From an uncultured bacterium (GTDB lineage Bacteria; Bacteroidota; Rhodothermia; Rhodothermales; UBA10348), in NCBI GenBank assembly GCA_943788505.1, contig CALSQR010000002.1, positions 569,213 to 633,212 on the forward strand: a stretch of DNA of 64,000 nt, written 5' to 3'. The translations under genes and the position numbers were made by a program. Each line of letters begins with the position of its first letter. Position 1 is the stretch's first letter. Positions 60,536 through 64,000 of the stretch are shown here, piece by piece. The notes under the pieces are model-generated. The model was not told the origin of the DNA. It did no database searches and saw only the letters and a list, made by a program, of their open reading frames with translations.

Positions 60536-61003
60536 ATGAACGATCAAATGAACATCTTTTCAGAAAGTGTCCCTCAGTACTCCGTTCGCCTCGTTCGCGA
60601 ACGGCCAGTTGATGGGCCACTCATCATCAATCCTATCAGTGCTACGGATGCTGCAACCGAGATCCTACAGGACTATGACAGGGAAGTGTTTCTAGCACTC
60701 TTTCTTTCAACCAGCGGGAAGCTCTGTGGCTTCAACATCTGTCACATAGGTTCGCTTTCTGAAAGCCTGGTTCGAATTGCGGACGTCTTCAAAGCAGCCA
60801 TCCTATCCAATGCTGCTGCTGTGATATTCGCTCATAACCACCCATCCGGTAATCCGGAGCCTAGCAAGGAAGACATTGCCGTGACGAAAAGGCTGGTCGT
60901 AGCAGGGGACATCATTGGGATACCCGTGCGTGACCATGTGATTATTACATCTCGGGGTGAGTCTACCAGTCTTGCCATGAGAGGGTACCTAGTCCTGGAT
61001 TGA
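60536..61003 (+). CDS. RadC-like JAB/MPN-domain protein (UPF0758)
   Basis: JAMM motif region HNHPSGNPEPSKEDIAVTKRL and good spacing to an AGGAGA ribosome-binding site before the ATG at 60536. Confidence 0.75.
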   Translation: MNDQMNIFSESVPQYSVRLVRERPVDGPLIINPISATDAATEILQDYDREVFLALFLSTSGKLCGFNICHIGSLSESLVRIADVFKAAILSNAAAVIFAHNHPSGNPEPSKEDIAVTKRLVVAGDIIGIPVRDHVIITSRGESTSLAMRGYLVLD

Positions 61004-62045
61004 GCTGCCGGTTGATCGGCCGGGATATCGTGTCCCGGCCTATCGACGCTCTTTTCGTTGTACTGTCTGCCTCCCCAACATTGTCACGTGTGTAGATGTC
61101 ACAGCAAGGCGGCCTGAAGAAACAACGCGGCGTGGTGACCAAAACGTGCGAATAGTCACTTTTACAATCGCCGACCCAGCATGTGAGAGAGCACAAGCTG
61201 GAAGAAATAGTCAGCCTATTTCACCATCGATGGTGCTCAAATCGCTGTAGTGGTTCATGGTAAGTGAATCACATGTTTTCATCCGCACGTCCTAGTGCGA
61301 TGTTGATCACTGGCCGCTCTAAGAATCATAGAAGCCCTTAGTTAAGCATCCCTTTGTTCTTGGTCCGGGATTTGTTTGGCCTGTCCCGGAATCCGGTGGT
61401 GAGAATGATCTTGATAAGCGTCTATCCAGGTTGTCTGTCCAGAATGGCTTGTTGACCCAGTCAATCAATACCTGCTGTCCCACCGTCTTTTGTGTGCTTA
61501 CAAGGCTAGCCTAGCCAGTCAAGGCAGTTGGTGGAGACTGATAATCTGGTATGGCCCCCTTCTAGAGCCGCCTTCGACAATATTAACGGTGTGGGGACGG
61601 GGAGCAAAGCAGACACGGCGGTAGTCAAGCAAACTCGGCCCGGTGCTCTCAGTCAGCCGAATTTATCCCCACGAGAATCTTTTGCCCTATCTGGCCCAAT
61701 GACCGTCGCACGGTAAAAGTTTAGCCGGGACTTCGCCGAATGCCCGATAGGAAGGTTGTCTACTTGCATTATGTGCTTCTCAATATTAAAAGGTGTAGAT
61801 ACATTTTCAGGCCTCAGTAAACTCAGAATGCCGGCCCCAGGAGAAGCGGTACCACGGGTCAACTTTGCGGTAAGAGTCAAAAGCGTCAATGTCTATTAAT
61901 CTAGTCACTGCTCCGCCGCAAGAGGGCTTCGCGACCCCCGATTAGTCACCCTTCTAGGAGTGCGGATCATCAGCGAAACCATGGGGTGTAGAGAGAACAA
62001 TATCATTCCGATTAGGGTAAGTAATCGGAAGAAAACACGGTACAG

Positions 62046-63029
62046 ATGAGCACACAAACTGACCCCACCGTACGCGTTCCAGCATCGCTTGTAAGCGCCA
62101 GTAACTCTGCCCAAGAGTACGCCCAGGCAGCACGTTCAAAGAACACCAAGAGGGCCTACCGGGCCTCCTGGAGAGACTTCGAAGACTGGTGCGAGCAAGT
62201 GGGTATAGTCGCTCTTCCTGCAACGCCTGAGACGGTCGCTATGTACCTATCCGCTCGCGCGTTACAGCTAAAAGTGGGTACGCTGGGCCACCGTCTTGCA
62301 GCGATCGCCGTTGCTCACAAAGTGGCCGGCTATCCCAATCCCACATCAAAGCGGGAAGAACCGCTTGCTAGCATATGGGCGGGCATTAAGCGTAAAAGGG
62401 GACAGCGCAAGACTCAGAAGATGCCGCTACTTGAAGCGCACTTGCGCAAGATCATCAAATTGAAAGACGCGGAAACCCATTCGGCAATTGGCGAGCTCCG
62501 TTGGATCCGTGATCGCGCTCTATTGCTAGTTGGTTTTGCTGGTGCACTTCGGCGTTCCGAACTCGTGGATATCGACATAAAGGATCTGACATTCGACGAG
62601 CGTGGCCTTCGGCTCTATATCCCACGGTCCAAAACGGATGTCGGTGGAGAAGGTGTTGAAATCGGTATTCCGGCAACCGGTACTGCGACGTGCCCAGTGA
62701 GAGCGGTCAAGGAGTGGATGGAAGCCGCTGGGCTTGACGAAGGCAAAGTGTTCAGAGCCGTTCGTCACGGCGGGATCATCACTGAGAGCCTTTCTACACG
62801 GGTCGTGGCGAACCTGGTAAAGCGTTATGCCGGTGACATCGGATTGGACCCAGGAGGCTTTTCAGGGCACAGCCTGCGTTCCGGACTCATCACTCAGGCC
62901 GCTACGAATGGGGCCAGAGAAGTAGACATCATGAGGCATTCGAGGCACAAGTCTGTTCCTGTCCTACGACAGTACGTCCGCAAGGCGACCGTGTGGGAGG
63001 ACAATGCTGCTGCGAAGGCGCTGGGCTGA
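62046..63029 (+). CDS. Tyrosine site-specific recombinase / integrase
   Basis: N-terminal SAM-like domain, followed by the catalytic R...HSLRSG...RHSRH...LRQYV tetrad (R-H-R-Y). Confidence 0.85.
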   Translation: MSTQTDPTVRVPASLVSASNSAQEYAQAARSKNTKRAYRASWRDFEDWCEQVGIVALPATPETVAMYLSARALQLKVGTLGHRLAAIAVAHKVAGYPNPTSKREEPLASIWAGIKRKRGQRKTQKMPLLEAHLRKIIKLKDAETHSAIGELRWIRDRALLLVGFAGALRRSELVDIDIKDLTFDERGLRLYIPRSKTDVGGEGVEIGIPATGTATCPVRAVKEWMEAAGLDEGKVFRAVRHGGIITESLSTRVVANLVKRYAGDIGLDPGGFSGHSLRSGLITQAATNGAREVDIMRHSRHKSVPVLRQYVRKATVWEDNAAAKALG

Positions 63030-63099
63030 CTCCTTAGGTTGCCCAGGCACATTCATATCAATACCATGCAGGGTAAGAAAGTAATCACGTGGTGCTGAA

Positions 63100-63951
63100 A
63101 TGGACCTAGAACAGCTGAATACGCTTTTGGATCATTCTAGAACGTTTTACGATCAAGTAAGAGATACCTCAAGCTCGATTCAACACAGCCCCGTAACAGG
63201 TTCAGTCGCAGCTGTAGAGCTTGAATCGCTGGCTGCTCAAGGCAACCATGTGGCTCTCACCACCGCCTACTCACAGGCATATCTGTATAAAGAAGCAGCA
63301 TTGTGTGGGTTTGATGGCCTCCTTCGAACTCTGACCCCCCCGGCTCTTCCAATCTCTCCATGGTATTGTGCAAGGCCGATATTGGAGGCCTCTGCCCATT
63401 GTTGCTGGCTGGCGGATACCGACATCACGAAAGAGGAGCGCTTGGCTCGATCCTATTCTATCCGGTTCGAATCAGTTTTCCAGATAGGTTTATCAGAAGG
63501 GTTGTGGGGAAGATCACAGAGCGATCTAGTTGATGACAGGCCTTTTCAAGGCATCATCGATTCGGCGAATTCTCTTGGGTTGACAATCAAACGGAATAAC
63601 GGTGGACACTTGCAATGGATAGGTGTCCAGAAACCAAAGTTTTCGGAATTGGTCAAGATGCGCTTGCCAAACGCGAGTCAGTATGGAAAAATGTCACTCA
63701 TCGTGCATGCACATCCTCTAGCCTTGATAAGACGGCTCGCGAGTACCGTTTCTACAGTGCAACATGGCCGTCAAGACCTAATCGAGGGATTACTAGAGAT
63801 CCCTGATGAAGACATCGTACACATCTTAAGGTTCTCGGCAGATGCTTTACTCATTGCCGTTAAGCAAATCTTGATCCTGAACGGCTTTCATGTAGCGCCG
63901 GTCACCGATCATTTGGATTCCTTGATAAACAAAATCGCTCTGCCAGGCTGA
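63100..63951 (+). CDS. Hypothetical protein adjacent to integrase
   Basis: 283-aa ORF with no recognised domain. Confidence 0.35.
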   Translation: MDLEQLNTLLDHSRTFYDQVRDTSSSIQHSPVTGSVAAVELESLAAQGNHVALTTAYSQAYLYKEAALCGFDGLLRTLTPPALPISPWYCARPILEASAHCCWLADTDITKEERLARSYSIRFESVFQIGLSEGLWGRSQSDLVDDRPFQGIIDSANSLGLTIKRNNGGHLQWIGVQKPKFSELVKMRLPNASQYGKMSLIVHAHPLALIRRLASTVSTVQHGRQDLIEGLLEIPDEDIVHILRFSADALLIAVKQILILNGFHVAPVTDHLDSLINKIALPG

Positions 63952-64000
63952 AATGCACTGCATTCGTTGTATTACACCCCTCAAAATGAATGGACAATGC

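Larger units (their letters stand above)
50697..64000. mobile_element. Putative integrated genomic island (tRNA-targeted; integrase at far end; extends beyond window)
   Basis: Bounded on the left by the tRNA 3' fragment plus its native terminator. It holds the GC-rich czc operon, IstB/MTase/HNH gene remnants, RadC and a tyrosine integrase at 62046-63029. The intact tRNA is expected beyond 64000. Confidence 0.5.

Noticed and set aside
1-64000. CRISPR arrays, rRNA genes, intact IS elements
   Set aside because: No regularly spaced direct repeats, no rRNA-like conserved blocks and no full-length transposase ORF were seen. Only the IstB fragment is present.

Overview
The window is a 64 kb stretch of moderate-GC bacterial chromosome, roughly 52-56% G+C outside one island. 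Several features point to a Bacteroidota/Rhodothermota-like organism: an Lpt-type LPS export cluster, CarboxypepD_reg and DUF5916-like outer-membrane proteins, and NfeD-flotillin and partner-switching modules.

From the left end to about 50.6 kb the content is mostly housekeeping:
- a HAD hydrolase, a rhomboid protease, an ECF sigma factor, UspA and DsbD;
- the rpsF-rpsR-rplI operon, prfA, glmS, a class I-beta DAHP synthase and tyrS;
- an lptB/lptA/lptC-like cluster and a B3/4-domain protein;
- a STAS / HATPase kinase / receiver-PP2C partner-switching cassette, in which the receiver-PP2C gene carries a 1-nt frameshift in an A5 run;
- ndk, a DUF1343 (NamZ-like) protein, an MreD-like protein and tRNA-Ala(GGC);
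- a pentapeptide-repeat protein, MoeZ, an esterase and a yqiJ/yqiK-like NfeD-flotillin pair.

The most unusual coding feature is an 829-aa single ORF fusing a class II CPD photolyase to a renalase-like FAD oxidoreductase. It lies downstream of an Rrf2 regulator and is translationally coupled to DUF429, FAD-oxidoreductase and SDR genes.

Further right there is an srsABC-like biosynthetic cassette: a type III PKS, a SAM methyltransferase and a flavin monooxygenase.

From about 50.65 kb to the window end there is a probable integrated genomic island:
- it starts at a minus-strand tRNA 3' fragment (anticodon loop to CCA) that keeps its native terminator, which reads as an attR-like boundary;
- it carries a GC-rich P-II/czcCBA heavy-metal efflux operon and a His-rich small protein;
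- it contains decayed fragments of IstB, a DNA N6-methyltransferase and an HNH endonuclease, plus an intact HNH endonuclease, a RadC-like JAB protein, a tyrosine integrase and unknown ORFs.

A 1.2 kb ORF-poor gap between convergent genes at 1.1-2.3 kb ends in a bidirectional terminator and may hold an unrecognised structured RNA. No CRISPR array, rRNA or intact IS element was seen.
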